Shown in pieces: positions 8,083 through 16,209 of a stretch of DNA of 38,371 nt. Position numbers and translations under genes: made by a program. The notes under the pieces are model-generated. The model was not told the origin of the DNA, searched no databases, and worked only from the letters and a program-made list of their open reading frames with translations. Source of the DNA: a virus (Duplodnaviria; Caudoviricetes); IMG/VR virus record IMGVR_UViG_3300043480_000006, positions 1 to 38,371 of that record; one strand, given 5' to 3'. Every line of letters starts with the position of its first letter. Position 1 is the stretch's first letter.

Positions 8083-8436
8083 TCAACCCTCTTCCCAATA
8101 CGAAACGTCGGTTTGTGCGCAGGCCTCCGGCCCCTCTTCGCGTTGCCATTCCTCGACCCAGTAGGTGGGCGCGGCTTCTTCAGCGTAGGTCCGCAGATCA
8201 GCGTCAGACACGTCGTGGCTACCGGCTTCGGTCATCATCTCAGCGACGAACCGGGCGCAGAATTCCTCGCGGGTCATTGCGGGGGCGTTAGTCATGGGTG
8301 CGTCCTTTCTCAGGAGCAGGATTCCGAACATCAGGAAGCCACCGACGAAAATGTCGCGGACGGTAAATCCTGGTGTGATGAGTTGCGCTGCGAGGGCGAT
8401 GAAAGCCGCGCCGAGCGTCGTTCTTAAGTCGCTCAT
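8083..8436 (-). CDS. Hypothetical protein (TM N-terminus fused to acidic module; possible internal start at 8295)
   Basis: ATGA coupling; internal GAAAGGA RBS before MTNAP. Confidence 0.55.
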   Translation of the reverse strand: MSDLRTTLGAAFIALAAQLITPGFTVRDIFVGGFLMFGILLLRKDAPMTNAPAMTREEFCARFVAEMMTEAGSHDVSDADLRTYAEEAAPTYWVEEWQREEGPEACAQTDVSYWEEG

Positions 8437-9353
8437 CCCCCCGCTCCCTGTGCAGGAGGGGCGGGCGACGCGGAGAGGAAAAGAACCGCCTCTGGCGTGA
8501 CGATGCGCTGGAACTCGGCAAGACGAGTGTTGCGATCAAATGCCGTCAAGCCAGACTCGGTCGCGTATCTCGCAACCTCGGTCCATTTCACCGGCACCGA
8601 AAATCGACCATCAGGAGAGTTTTGGGCCACCTCCTCCCGCAATTTATCGGCAGTCGCGGCGGATGAACACGGCGCAGTGGGAAACTCGCTGACCCGGCCC
8701 CGCCATTTGGCGTAGAATTTCAGACCGCAACCGGCCCTCGTGTCCATGCGATAGAAGTTTTCGTGCTCCTTAGACCAATAGACGCTCTCCGGGACGGATG
8801 GGCTGGCGGTTGACCAGCCGTGATGCCAAGCAAAAGCGCAATAGGCCGCCACGTCGCGCGGATCGCCCTTTTTGACGTGGCGGCTCAGATCGCAGGTCAG
8901 AGCCTCTTGCCAGTCGTCGCGCATCCACCCGTCATTGTGTCCGTATTTGGCCTCAGCGGCGTGGAGCTTGTCTCGCAAGGCTGCCGTGAACCGATCCACA
9001 AGATCGTCAATGGCTGACTTGGCCTTCGGAGCCGTCTCTATCGGCCTCCACCCATCAGGAGCGGCTTGGGTGAGGGCTGATATGAGTTGGATGGCGGCGT
9101 CAATGCGTTGAGCGTGACCGTCGCTATCACAGCGCTCAAGCTGACTCGGCGTCATGTCACTGCGGACCAGCCGCAGACCAGCGATCACCGCCTCCCGCGC
9201 GTCTTGCTCTGCGGGTTGGGGGGCGTTCAGGGCGAACTCAGCACCGAACCGGAACGCCTGCCGGAAGTTGGCGTGACGGTTCGATCCGCCCTTCGGGTAA
9301 CGCGCCCATGCGGCCTTCTCGACGGCCTCCACCACACTCGCTGAAGCGGTCAT
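8433..9353 (-). CDS. Mosaic early protein
   Basis: WRPIETAPK and KLHAAEAKYG...HVKKGDPRDVAAYCAFAWHH modules. Confidence 0.7.
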   Translation of the reverse strand: MTASASVVEAVEKAAWARYPKGGSNRHANFRQAFRFGAEFALNAPQPAEQDAREAVIAGLRLVRSDMTPSQLERCDSDGHAQRIDAAIQLISALTQAAPDGWRPIETAPKAKSAIDDLVDRFTAALRDKLHAAEAKYGHNDGWMRDDWQEALTCDLSRHVKKGDPRDVAAYCAFAWHHGWSTASPSVPESVYWSKEHENFYRMDTRAGCGLKFYAKWRGRVSEFPTAPCSSAATADKLREEVAQNSPDGRFSVPVKWTEVARYATESGLTAFDRNTRLAEFQRIVTPEAVLFLSASPAPPAQGAGG

Positions 9354-9661
9354 GGCTGGACCTCCGTGGCGCGGGCGATGGCGGCGGCGAGATTGCGATG
9401 ACGCTCATGGAACAGATCATTCGCGTGGCCGCGCTCAATGACCTCCTCCATGATCGACCATGCACCCATTGCCGCCTCCAGCAGATCAGGCGCGGCGGCG
9501 ATCAGGCGGGCGTTGGCCAGTGCTTCAGGTGACGATGGACGAGCAAACGCCCCGAAACGCGTCACAGGTCGATATGACCCAAGCGCCTGGCTGATCCCAC
9601 CCGGATGGCCGCGCGGATGACCGAAGTCGATCTTCCAAGGCCCCTTCGTATGCCCGCTCAT
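9350..9661 (-). CDS. Hypothetical phage protein (HTxGPW...ANARLIAAAPDLLEA family)
   Basis: Common phage early-gene motif; ATGA coupling. Confidence 0.75.
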   Translation of the reverse strand: MSGHTKGPWKIDFGHPRGHPGGISQALGSYRPVTRFGAFARPSSPEALANARLIAAAPDLLEAAMGAWSIMEEVIERGHANDLFHERHRNLAAAIARATEVQP

Positions 9662-10131
9662 CCCTGCACCTGTTCGGCATGGGCGCGGATGATCGCGGCG
9701 CAGAGGGCGAGGGCTGGGGTGGCGGCTTTGGTTGTTACGGTGTCGGGGCCAGCTCCAAAAACCACGCCCGTGCGAACCTTGAACAGGCTCACAATCCACC
9801 ATTCACCGCACGTCTCCATGTGGCGCGGCTTTCGCTGTGCCATGGACACCTCACGATCCGGCAACACCCGCTCGGCAAGCGCCACGGCGGCGTCGATGGA
9901 GGAGGTGAATTCGAAGCCGTCTTTGGCATCTGTCTCCCACTGATCGGTCGATTGATCGACCCACACCCAACTCAGGTGCTTCGATCCGGGACAGCAGGTA
10001 TCAGCCTCATCGTCCCAGCACGTCACGCCGATATGGCGTTGCTCCCACGAATAGCTCAGAGCCATTATTTCACGATCAAGCTCACGGCTTCCCGCCGCAG
10101 CCCCTTCCAATCTCTCTACCAAATCAGTCAT
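9658..10131 (-). CDS. Hypothetical phage protein (ABA-sandwich-like)
   Basis: SRELDREI...FTSSIDAAVALAERVLP...ATPALALCAAIIRA; ACTGGAGAG RBS. Confidence 0.7.
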   Translation of the reverse strand: MTDLVERLEGAAAGSRELDREIMALSYSWEQRHIGVTCWDDEADTCCPGSKHLSWVWVDQSTDQWETDAKDGFEFTSSIDAAVALAERVLPDREVSMAQRKPRHMETCGEWWIVSLFKVRTGVVFGAGPDTVTTKAATPALALCAAIIRAHAEQVQG

Positions 10132-10156
10132 ATCATTCTCTCCAGTTCCTACCGCC

Positions 10157-10194
10157 ACAATACCCCTCACCCGGCCTCGGTCAACCGTTATTTT
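10157..10194 (-). promoter_or_regulatory. Early promoter, AAAATAACG-type
   Basis: AAAATAACGG-TTGACC-N16-TATTGT. Confidence 0.55.
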
Positions 10195-10804
10195 CGGGTA
10201 GGGATGCGATTTTCTCCTCAACAGATTCACGCAGGGATGTGGCCTTGTCGCGATCTTCCTGCACGGCCTGTTTGCGCCAATCAATCATCCGGTCCCAACG
10301 CTCAGTTAGTTCATCGGCAGTTTTCGATTCAGACATGATTTTCACGACGGCTTTTTCGTATGCGTCCATAGAAAACTGGACGGTCTCTGGTTTCGATTTT
10401 CCGCCTTGGACCTTGAGGGGCTGGATTTCAAAAACCTTGCCCTTGGGTCCGCGCTTTTCCTTCAGCTTGATGATCTGGGTGGTGTCGATGCCAGTTGCGG
10501 CGTGGGGGCGAATACCTCCGACCGCTTCGCCGGCATAGATGACATCAGGATCAAAGTGGACCTCTAGGCTTTGACCGACCCATTTCTTTGACTCAGCGCC
10601 CCAAAGGACTTTGAGGATGCGCGGAACAGTCTTGTTCCCGATCTTCCACGGACGCCCGTTCTCGCCCTCATAGTGGACAACGATGGGGCCTTCCTTGGGG
10701 GGCACGTCTACGGAGGTGATGGTGATCAGCTTCGTGCCGCCAATGATATCCACGGCGTTGAGTTGATCGGACTTAGCCACGATCAGGTGTGAAATATCGC
10801 TCAT
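10181..10804 (-). CDS. Recombination-associated protein (exonuclease partner; possible ssDNA-binding/annealing)
   Basis: KSDQLNAVDI...ITITSV...HYEGENGRPWK...VGGIR family; ATGA-coupled to the exonuclease. Confidence 0.6.
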   Translation of the reverse strand: MSDISHLIVAKSDQLNAVDIIGGTKLITITSVDVPPKEGPIVVHYEGENGRPWKIGNKTVPRILKVLWGAESKKWVGQSLEVHFDPDVIYAGEAVGGIRPHAATGIDTTQIIKLKEKRGPKGKVFEIQPLKVQGGKSKPETVQFSMDAYEKAVVKIMSESKTADELTERWDRMIDWRKQAVQEDRDKATSLRESVEEKIASLPENNG

Positions 10805-11505
10805 ACGATAATATCTCTCTCCACATAGCGCGTCGGAACCGTCCGAATGTCCGCGCTGTTTTTGACGGTGTTGTAGCTTTCGATTGCGGCCTGAACCTTG
10901 GCCTCGAATGCGATGCATGAGGCGATAATGGCTTCCTCGATTTCTCGATCACGCTCGACCGACAGGACCATCATATCCATGCCGTTTGAATAGCTGATAA
11001 GGTCGATGCCGTCCAAGTCCGCGATCAGAATTCCGCTGTGAACCTGGATGATGTAGTCTTCCGAAATCGCACCGTTCGTCAGCCATTCGTGCGCGGTCTG
11101 GACCTGATATTTCGCCACGCGGGATTTACATTCGATGCCGCGCTTTTTCCCACGAACTAGCCCGTCTGGTGAATACCCAAGCGTGATTCCATGATCATCG
11201 TTCGTGATGAAGCCGACTTGCTCAACGTCATCGAAATGCTCGATGTATAGATCGCGGGCCAGCGCTTCCTCCTCATGCCCTCGGATCATATCAGACGACT
11301 GGAAACGCGCCTGATCCGGTCGAGGCCCGTTGATGCGTTGCGCGGCCAGCTCGAAAGCATGAGCCCGAGTTTTCTCATTGTCTGCGGGCTTGAATGTCTT
11401 GGGCGACATGATGAGGCGAATTTCGGAAGCGGTCAGAAGACCGTTTCTGAGGGCGAGCCATTCGTCGGTGTTTTGTTCGATGTCGCGGTGGATTGTGATG
11501 GTCAT
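10801..11505 (-). CDS. YqaJ-like / lambda-type exonuclease
   Basis: EQNTDEWLALRNGLLTASE, RGHEEE, GYSPDGLV, IECKS motifs. Confidence 0.9.
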   Translation of the reverse strand: MTITIHRDIEQNTDEWLALRNGLLTASEIRLIMSPKTFKPADNEKTRAHAFELAAQRINGPRPDQARFQSSDMIRGHEEEALARDLYIEHFDDVEQVGFITNDDHGITLGYSPDGLVRGKKRGIECKSRVAKYQVQTAHEWLTNGAISEDYIIQVHSGILIADLDGIDLISYSNGMDMMVLSVERDREIEEAIIASCIAFEAKVQAAIESYNTVKNSADIRTVPTRYVERDIIV

Positions 11506-11726
11506 TTGCTCGACTCCAGATAAGCCGCAATCACGTCGCGGACCTCAGCCAACTTTTCGCGGCTCATGTGAAGCGATGCGCTAGGATATCCATGCCCGTT
11601 GATGCTGATCCATGCGCCGCTGTTACCTTTTTCGACCACAACATTCGTCGCGGCGTCAAGGTGCACGTTCACCGAAATCCTCGGCGCTTTACGTTCCGCC
11701 TTCTCTGTCGTATCATCCACGTCCAT
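11502..11726 (-). CDS. Hypothetical protein
   Basis: ACTGGAGG RBS; ATGA coupling. Confidence 0.65.
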   Translation of the reverse strand: MDVDDTTEKAERKAPRISVNVHLDAATNVVVEKGNSGAWISINGHGYPSASLHMSREKLAEVRDVIAAYLESSK

Positions 11727-11812
11727 GTCGCAATCCTCCAGTTCCTGCGATGTGAGGCCCGCGCTGTTTTCTCTCCAGTTTCCGGCGCGGGCTATTCCTT
11801 TTCGTATTCCCG

Positions 11813-11998
11813 CTAATCGGTAACGTCAACGGATTTCTTTGCAGGCCGTGATTTAAGCCCGCCATTCCGTCCAGCACGTTTCGCCAGGTCTGTTTCCAGA
11901 TTGAACGACCGCGTTTTCGGGTCGCGGGTTTTTGATCCGCCGCCCATAGCTGCGATTTCACGGCGACGGGCGGGGGTTAGGGATGCGAAGCCTTTCAC
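11813..11998 (-). CDS. KGG-repeat general-stress-like small protein
   Basis: GFASLTPARRREIAAMGG and LAKRAGRNGG repeats (GsiB/YciG-like). Confidence 0.7.
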   Translation of the reverse strand: MKGFASLTPARRREIAAMGGGSKTRDPKTRSFNLETDLAKRAGRNGGLKSRPAKKSVDVTD

Positions 11999-12234
11999 GA
12001 CACCGCACCCTTCTTCCCATTCTCCCGCTCCAAATCCCGCGCATCGGCCAGGATTCCGCGCAGATGAACCTGCATCTCGCGCAGGTCACGCATCATGCGG
12101 TTGATCGTCTGTTTCGTCGTCAGGGCCTGCGCGAGCGTGGTTGAGTGCGTCATCGCGGCGGCAATCCGTTTCGCATCGCCGGAGATGACGTGGGCCTTCG
12201 CACTCGCACGGCCCGGAACAGCTACAAGGTTCAT
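11995..12234 (-). CDS. Hypothetical protein
   Basis: Start/stop coupled on both sides. Confidence 0.55.
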   Translation of the reverse strand: MNLVAVPGRASAKAHVISGDAKRIAAAMTHSTTLAQALTTKQTINRMMRDLREMQVHLRGILADARDLERENGKKGAVS

Positions 12235-12323
12235 TTGATGAATCCGATGTAAAGAATGATGAGGACGGCGTTCGGGGCCGCGATGATGCCGATTAGACCG
12301 GCGATGAGTTTCAGGAGGGTCAT
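12231..12323 (-). CDS. 30-aa single-TM peptide MTLLKLIAGLIGIIAAPNAVLIILYIGFIK (not in ORF track)
   Basis: ATGA-coupled at both ends; fills the gap exactly. Confidence 0.55.
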   Translation of the reverse strand: MTLLKLIAGLIGIIAAPNAVLIILYIGFIK

Positions 12324-12487
12324 TTAGTCACCGCCCTGTGGTTCCGCGCCCAGATACCGTCTAGCCGCGCGACCTGTTCACCCATGCGCCATGAGTCTTC
12401 CTCGGTGGCGGGCGGGGCGTTTTGAATGTGGCCGATTGCGGCGGTGAGGAGGGACATGGCCTCCTCGAAGGTTTGGGGGTCACGCAT
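12320..12487 (-). CDS. 55-aa hypothetical protein MRDPQTFEEAM... (not in ORF track)
   Basis: Overlaps both neighbours at their ends and fills the operon gap. Confidence 0.55.
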   Translation of the reverse strand: MRDPQTFEEAMSLLTAAIGHIQNAPPATEEDSWRMGEQVARLDGIWARNHRAVTK

Positions 12488-12734
12488 CGTAAGAGTCCCG
12501 AGCGTAAACTGATACGAGATCGGTTACGTCGCCCACCGCGTCAACGGCCTCTATCATGTACTCAACCTCTGTGTAGCGCAGGCCAGCAACCTTTGCGGCG
12601 AGGCCTAGAACGGTTCCGAAATCCGACATTCTGTCAGCAATCTCATGCGCCTCATCCCGCGTCGCCTGACATTCACCATGGCGCTCGCAGAAGTCAGCGA
12701 TGAATTCGTTGTAGGCGTTTTGCATCTTCGTCAT
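12480..12734 (-). CDS. First gene of the leftward arm, acidic hypothetical protein
   Basis: AACTGGAGAG RBS just downstream of the leftward promoter. Confidence 0.65.
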   Translation of the reverse strand: MTKMQNAYNEFIADFCERHGECQATRDEAHEIADRMSDFGTVLGLAAKVAGLRYTEVEYMIEAVDAVGDVTDLVSVYARDSYDA

Positions 12735-12739
12735 GTCCG

Positions 12740-12875
12740 TCTCTCCAGTTGATAACCGATACCTTACGGGGATCACGGACGTATGCAACAAAAAAATCGT
12801 GCTGAAACGGTTATTTTTTCCGTGACACGTTCGGCGGGGCGTGTATGGTGATCGTCGTAACTGGAGCCTAACAAC
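12740..12875. promoter_or_regulatory. Divergent early promoters
   Basis: Leftward TTGCAT-N16-TAAGGT; rightward GTGACA(12822)-N16-TATGGT(12844); A/T tracts between them. Confidence 0.6.
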
Positions 12876-13088
12876 ATGACCACAATCGACCGCGACCAAC
12901 TTAAGGCGCGTATCAAAAAGGCCGTTGAGACAGCAGGAGGTGCGTCTAAATTTGCACGCTCGCTCGATGTCACGACGGAGTATGTTCAGCACATTATGAA
13001 CGGCAAACGACCGGGGCCGAAAACGCTGCGGGCGATTGGCGTGGTGGAAACTGGCGGGATTTACCGCGAACTGGAGGTGAGGAAATGA
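12876..13088 (+). CDS. Cro-like HTH regulator
   Basis: AGGASKFARSLDVTTEYVQHIMNGKRPGPK; first rightward gene. Confidence 0.75.
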   Translation: MTTIDRDQLKARIKKAVETAGGASKFARSLDVTTEYVQHIMNGKRPGPKTLRAIGVVETGGIYRELEVRK

Positions 13089-13204
13089 GCTTGCCTCCGT
13101 GCGAGAAGTGCGGAAGTCAGATTGCCGACGACCTGACCTGTAAGCCGTGCGGTCGGGAATATACTTGGCTGTGGGTGAAGATGCGGCAGAGGGGTGAGCG
13201 GTGA
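13085..13204 (+). CDS. 39-aa Zn-ribbon peptide (CEKC...CKPC; not in ORF track)
   Basis: GGAGG/GAGG RBS; ATGA and GTGA coupling. Confidence 0.55.
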   Translation: MSLPPCEKCGSQIADDLTCKPCGREYTWLWVKMRQRGER

Positions 13205-13491
13205 ACTGGACCAAAGAAAACACCGCCGAACTCATCCGACTGCGGGCGGAGGGTAAATCATTCTCTGAGATTGGACGCACACTCGGATGCACCAGAGACG
13301 CGGCAATCGGTAAACTGTGGCGGATTCAGAAGCGTGTGAGACAGGTCGGATCGAATAAAGGCCGACCCATTGGCGGGGGAAAGCCCGTGCCTGCGCCTGT
13401 GGACCGTGCCTCATGGGACCGCCGCACATTCGCCCCCTACCCGATCTGGAAGGCCGAACGACAGAAGGAGCGGGAACTTGGGTTGCGTTAA
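13201..13491 (+). CDS. gcrA: GcrA-like cell-cycle regulator (N-terminal DNA-binding domain only)
   Basis: MNWTKENTAELIRLRAEGKSFSEIGRTLGCTRDAAIGKLWR matches the GcrA N-terminal pattern WT.E....L..LW.EG.SAS.IA..LG..RNAVIGK.HR. Confidence 0.75.
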   Translation: MNWTKENTAELIRLRAEGKSFSEIGRTLGCTRDAAIGKLWRIQKRVRQVGSNKGRPIGGGKPVPAPVDRASWDRRTFAPYPIWKAERQKERELGLR

Positions 13492-13840
13492 CTGCGAGCG
13501 GCTGAAGCGGGAGATTCGGGAGCTTAGGGAGGAACTGGATGAATGGCGGCTGATGGAGGGGGAGATCGCGGACGTTGACGCTAACGATTTGGCTGCAAAA
13601 ATCGGCGCATATCCACAGACAGCAAAGCTGATTCTGGCTCTTGCTCGGGCCAAAGGCGCGACCCTGTCTAACGATAGGACCGTCATGGCGATTGGGTATC
13701 AGGGCGAACAAACCACAAATATGCTGGCACAGATTACCTGTAACGCCAGACGCGCCGGATTTCCTATTGAGAGAATAAGGGGTGTGGGATTAAGGCTCCC
13801 GATGCGGTCGTGTGAATCTGTTTTAGAGATGATTAAATGA
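13478..13840 (+). CDS. Orphan OmpR/CtrA-type winged-helix protein with CxxC-coiled-coil N-terminus
   Basis: GAAGGAG RBS plus TTG start; C-terminal IERIRGVGLRL wing motif; no receiver domain. Confidence 0.65.
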   Translation: MGCVNCERLKREIRELREELDEWRLMEGEIADVDANDLAAKIGAYPQTAKLILALARAKGATLSNDRTVMAIGYQGEQTTNMLAQITCNARRAGFPIERIRGVGLRLPMRSCESVLEMIK

Positions 13841-14073
13841 CTTGGCCCATTGAGAGCGGCATTCCCATTCCTCGAAAAAAGTCGGGAGAGGACGCCAAAA
13901 AGACAGGTCTTGCTGAAGCGCTAAGATCGCTTGAGGTCGGTCAATCAGTCCACATAGAAAATCTAAATAGAAGCTCTGTCTGCGGAACAACATCTTCTGT
14001 CTCTAGGTCATGGGGCGGTAAGTTTGTCACCCGCTCGACAGAGACGGGCATTCGCATCTGGCGCGTCGAATGA
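13837..14073 (+). CDS. Small putative DNA-binding phage protein
   Basis: IESGIPIP...LEVGQS...KFVTR...GIRIWRVE family motif. Confidence 0.65.
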   Translation: MTWPIESGIPIPRKKSGEDAKKTGLAEALRSLEVGQSVHIENLNRSSVCGTTSSVSRSWGGKFVTRSTETGIRIWRVE

Positions 14074-14126
14074 TCGTCCTGCGCGAAGGAGTTGATTATC
14101 CTACGACGCGACGCTATATTTTCTAA
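14070..14126 (+). pseudogene. Orphaned original helicase start (MIVLRE) left by the HNH insertion
   Basis: ATGA-coupled; encodes MIVLRE, compared with MIYLRE at the current helicase start. Confidence 0.55.
14092..14120 (+). promoter_or_regulatory. Promoter for a leaderless HNH mRNA
   Basis: TTGATT-N17-TATATT with the ATG 6 nt downstream and no SD. Confidence 0.5.
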
Positions 14127-14687
14127 ATGAAAATATCAGAAAAAAGACTAGCACAAATCCGGGCCGCTCAAGACCGATATAGACAGCGCCATCCGGATCG
14201 GATTCGGGCATTAAGAGAAAAACGACGAGAGGCACAAAAAGAATACGCAAAAGAATACAGACAAAGACCTCACGTCAAAGAAAAATCAAAAACTAGAAAA
14301 AGAGCAAACACGGACGAGAGAAGAGCCAAAGATGCTGCGTCGGCAAGAAAAAGAAGAGCGGAAAATCCTCACATTCGAATAAATCATAGAATGTCGGCCA
14401 TGATAGGCGGCGCTTTGAGGAGGGGAAAAAATAAAGAATCGTGGATATTTTTGGTAGGGTATAGTCTGTCGGACTTAGTGGGTCATTTAGAGCGTCAGTT
14501 TCTCCCTGGAATGAGTTGGGAAAATATTGGTAAATGGGAAGTTGACCACATAATCCCAAGGTCGTCTTTTAAGTTTGAAAGCTACCAAGACGAAGAATTT
14601 ATAGCGTGCTGGGCCTTAACAAATCTTAGGCCCTTGTGGAGGGCTGATAACAGAAAAAAAGGAAACCTTAGGATACACTTGCTTTGA
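14127..14687 (+). CDS. HNH homing endonuclease
   Basis: WEVDHIIP...CWALTNLRPLWRADNRKKGN, basic N-terminus, AT-rich relative to the genome. Confidence 0.85.
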   Translation: MKISEKRLAQIRAAQDRYRQRHPDRIRALREKRREAQKEYAKEYRQRPHVKEKSKTRKRANTDERRAKDAASARKRRAENPHIRINHRMSAMIGGALRRGKNKESWIFLVGYSLSDLVGHLERQFLPGMSWENIGKWEVDHIIPRSSFKFESYQDEEFIACWALTNLRPLWRADNRKKGNLRIHLL

Positions 14688-16168
14688 TCTATTTAAGAGA
14701 AGACCAACAATCCGTCGTCAGCGAGACCCGAGACGCACTGGCCGAACATCAGTCGGTGCTAATCCGTGCCCCGTGTAGATTTGGAAAAACCGTGGTCGCT
14801 GCTTTCATGGCTCAACGGTCGGTCGGCATGAATCGCCGTGTTATTTTCGCCTGCCACCGCGATGCAATTCTCAATCAGATCTCCAAGACGCTCTCAAAGT
14901 TTAATGTCAGGCACGGCTATATCGCGTCAAGCAGGCCGTCGAATCCGTTCGCTCTGGCTCACGTCGCATCGGCTGACACGCTGCGGAACCGGCTGCACGA
15001 ACTCGATAACTGCAAGCTGCTGATCGTGGATGAGGGGCATTTGTGGCATTCGAGAACGCGGAAACTTATCATCGACTACGCCAAGGAAAAGGGCGCTAAG
15101 ATCGTGATTCTGACGGCGACGCCTATCCGCCTGGATGGCAAGCCGCTGTCAGATATCGCCGATCACATGGTGATGGGACCAACAGAGGCCGAGATGATCG
15201 AGCGCGGATCACTGGCTCAATATCGTGTGTTCGCGCCAGTCAACGCAGACCTGTCTGGCGTGCACAGCCGGATGGGCGATTTTGTCGTGTCGGAGGTCGC
15301 GGAGAAACTCGACAAGCCGTCTATCGTGGGCGACGCGCCTCAGACGTGGCTGAAATACGCCAAGGGGCTGAGGACGGTCGTTTACGCGATCAACCGGGCG
15401 CACGGCAAACACGTTCTGGAGGCGTATCTAGCCGCTGGAATCAAGGCCGCATACATCGACGGTGACACGCCTAAGGGTGAGCAGCTACGCATCGCTCATG
15501 CGCTGGCTGACGGAGAGATTGACGTTCTGATCAGCGTCGAGCTGCTGACGACCGGTTACGATTTGGGATCGCTAGTTGACCGCGACGTTACGATCCAGTG
15601 CGTCCAGCTTTTGCGACCGACCAAATCCCTACAGCTTGCCGTCCAAATGATGATGCGGTGCATGACGCCGTGGGGTGGTGTGTCTGTTATTCTGGACCAC
15701 GTGAACATGATCCTAAACCGCGACGGGACAATCAACCACGGCTTTCCAGATGACATACGGGATTGGTCGCTGGATGGGTCTGGAGGCACGCGTCAGGAGG
15801 GCGTGGCGGACTTCAATGTGTGGACCTGCAAGACGTGTTTCGCTTCGGTGCGCTCGACTAAGCCTGTCTGCCCGTATTGCGAAAAAGAGCATACGATTAA
15901 GCCGCGCGAGATTCCGGTTGAAGATGGCGAGCTTCAGGAGATTAAACGGCAGCAAGCGATTGAAAAGAAGAATCGCCGCATTGAAGTCGGTCGCGCGAAA
16001 GACTTGGACGCGCTGGCGGATATCGCAATCGACCGGAAATACAAAACTGGCTGGCTAATTACGCAGGCAAAACAGAAACACATACACCCTCGCCTGCCAT
16101 GGAAGGATGCCTGCGCGGCTATGATGTTTGCTCAACAGCGCGCCAGAAATAAGGTGTTGACTGTGTGA
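14684..16168 (+). CDS. SF2 DEAD/DEAH-like helicase with Zn finger
   Basis: APCRFGKT, DEGH, TAT, LTTGYD, ILDHV, CKTC...CPYC. Confidence 0.85.
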   Translation: MIYLREDQQSVVSETRDALAEHQSVLIRAPCRFGKTVVAAFMAQRSVGMNRRVIFACHRDAILNQISKTLSKFNVRHGYIASSRPSNPFALAHVASADTLRNRLHELDNCKLLIVDEGHLWHSRTRKLIIDYAKEKGAKIVILTATPIRLDGKPLSDIADHMVMGPTEAEMIERGSLAQYRVFAPVNADLSGVHSRMGDFVVSEVAEKLDKPSIVGDAPQTWLKYAKGLRTVVYAINRAHGKHVLEAYLAAGIKAAYIDGDTPKGEQLRIAHALADGEIDVLISVELLTTGYDLGSLVDRDVTIQCVQLLRPTKSLQLAVQMMMRCMTPWGGVSVILDHVNMILNRDGTINHGFPDDIRDWSLDGSGGTRQEGVADFNVWTCKTCFASVRSTKPVCPYCEKEHTIKPREIPVEDGELQEIKRQQAIEKKNRRIEVGRAKDLDALADIAIDRKYKTGWLITQAKQKHIHPRLPWKDACAAMMFAQQRARNKVLTV

Positions 16169-16184
16169 CCGGACACGGTATGGT
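16157..16184 (+). promoter_or_regulatory. Promoter with operator box A
   Basis: TTGACT-N16-TATGGT containing GTGACCGGACACGGT (16165-16179). Confidence 0.6.
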
Positions 16185-16209
16185 CTCCATATTGGAGATG
16201 GAGATTGTT

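Noticed and set aside
12735-13292. Long 270-aa version of the minus-strand ORF
   Set aside because: It overlaps the divergent promoters and plus-strand genes; the likely start is 12734, which has a clear RBS.
14089-14702. Group I intron in the helicase
   Set aside because: The insert is almost entirely the HNH ORF, leaving no room for a ribozyme core, and a replacement start codon is supplied.
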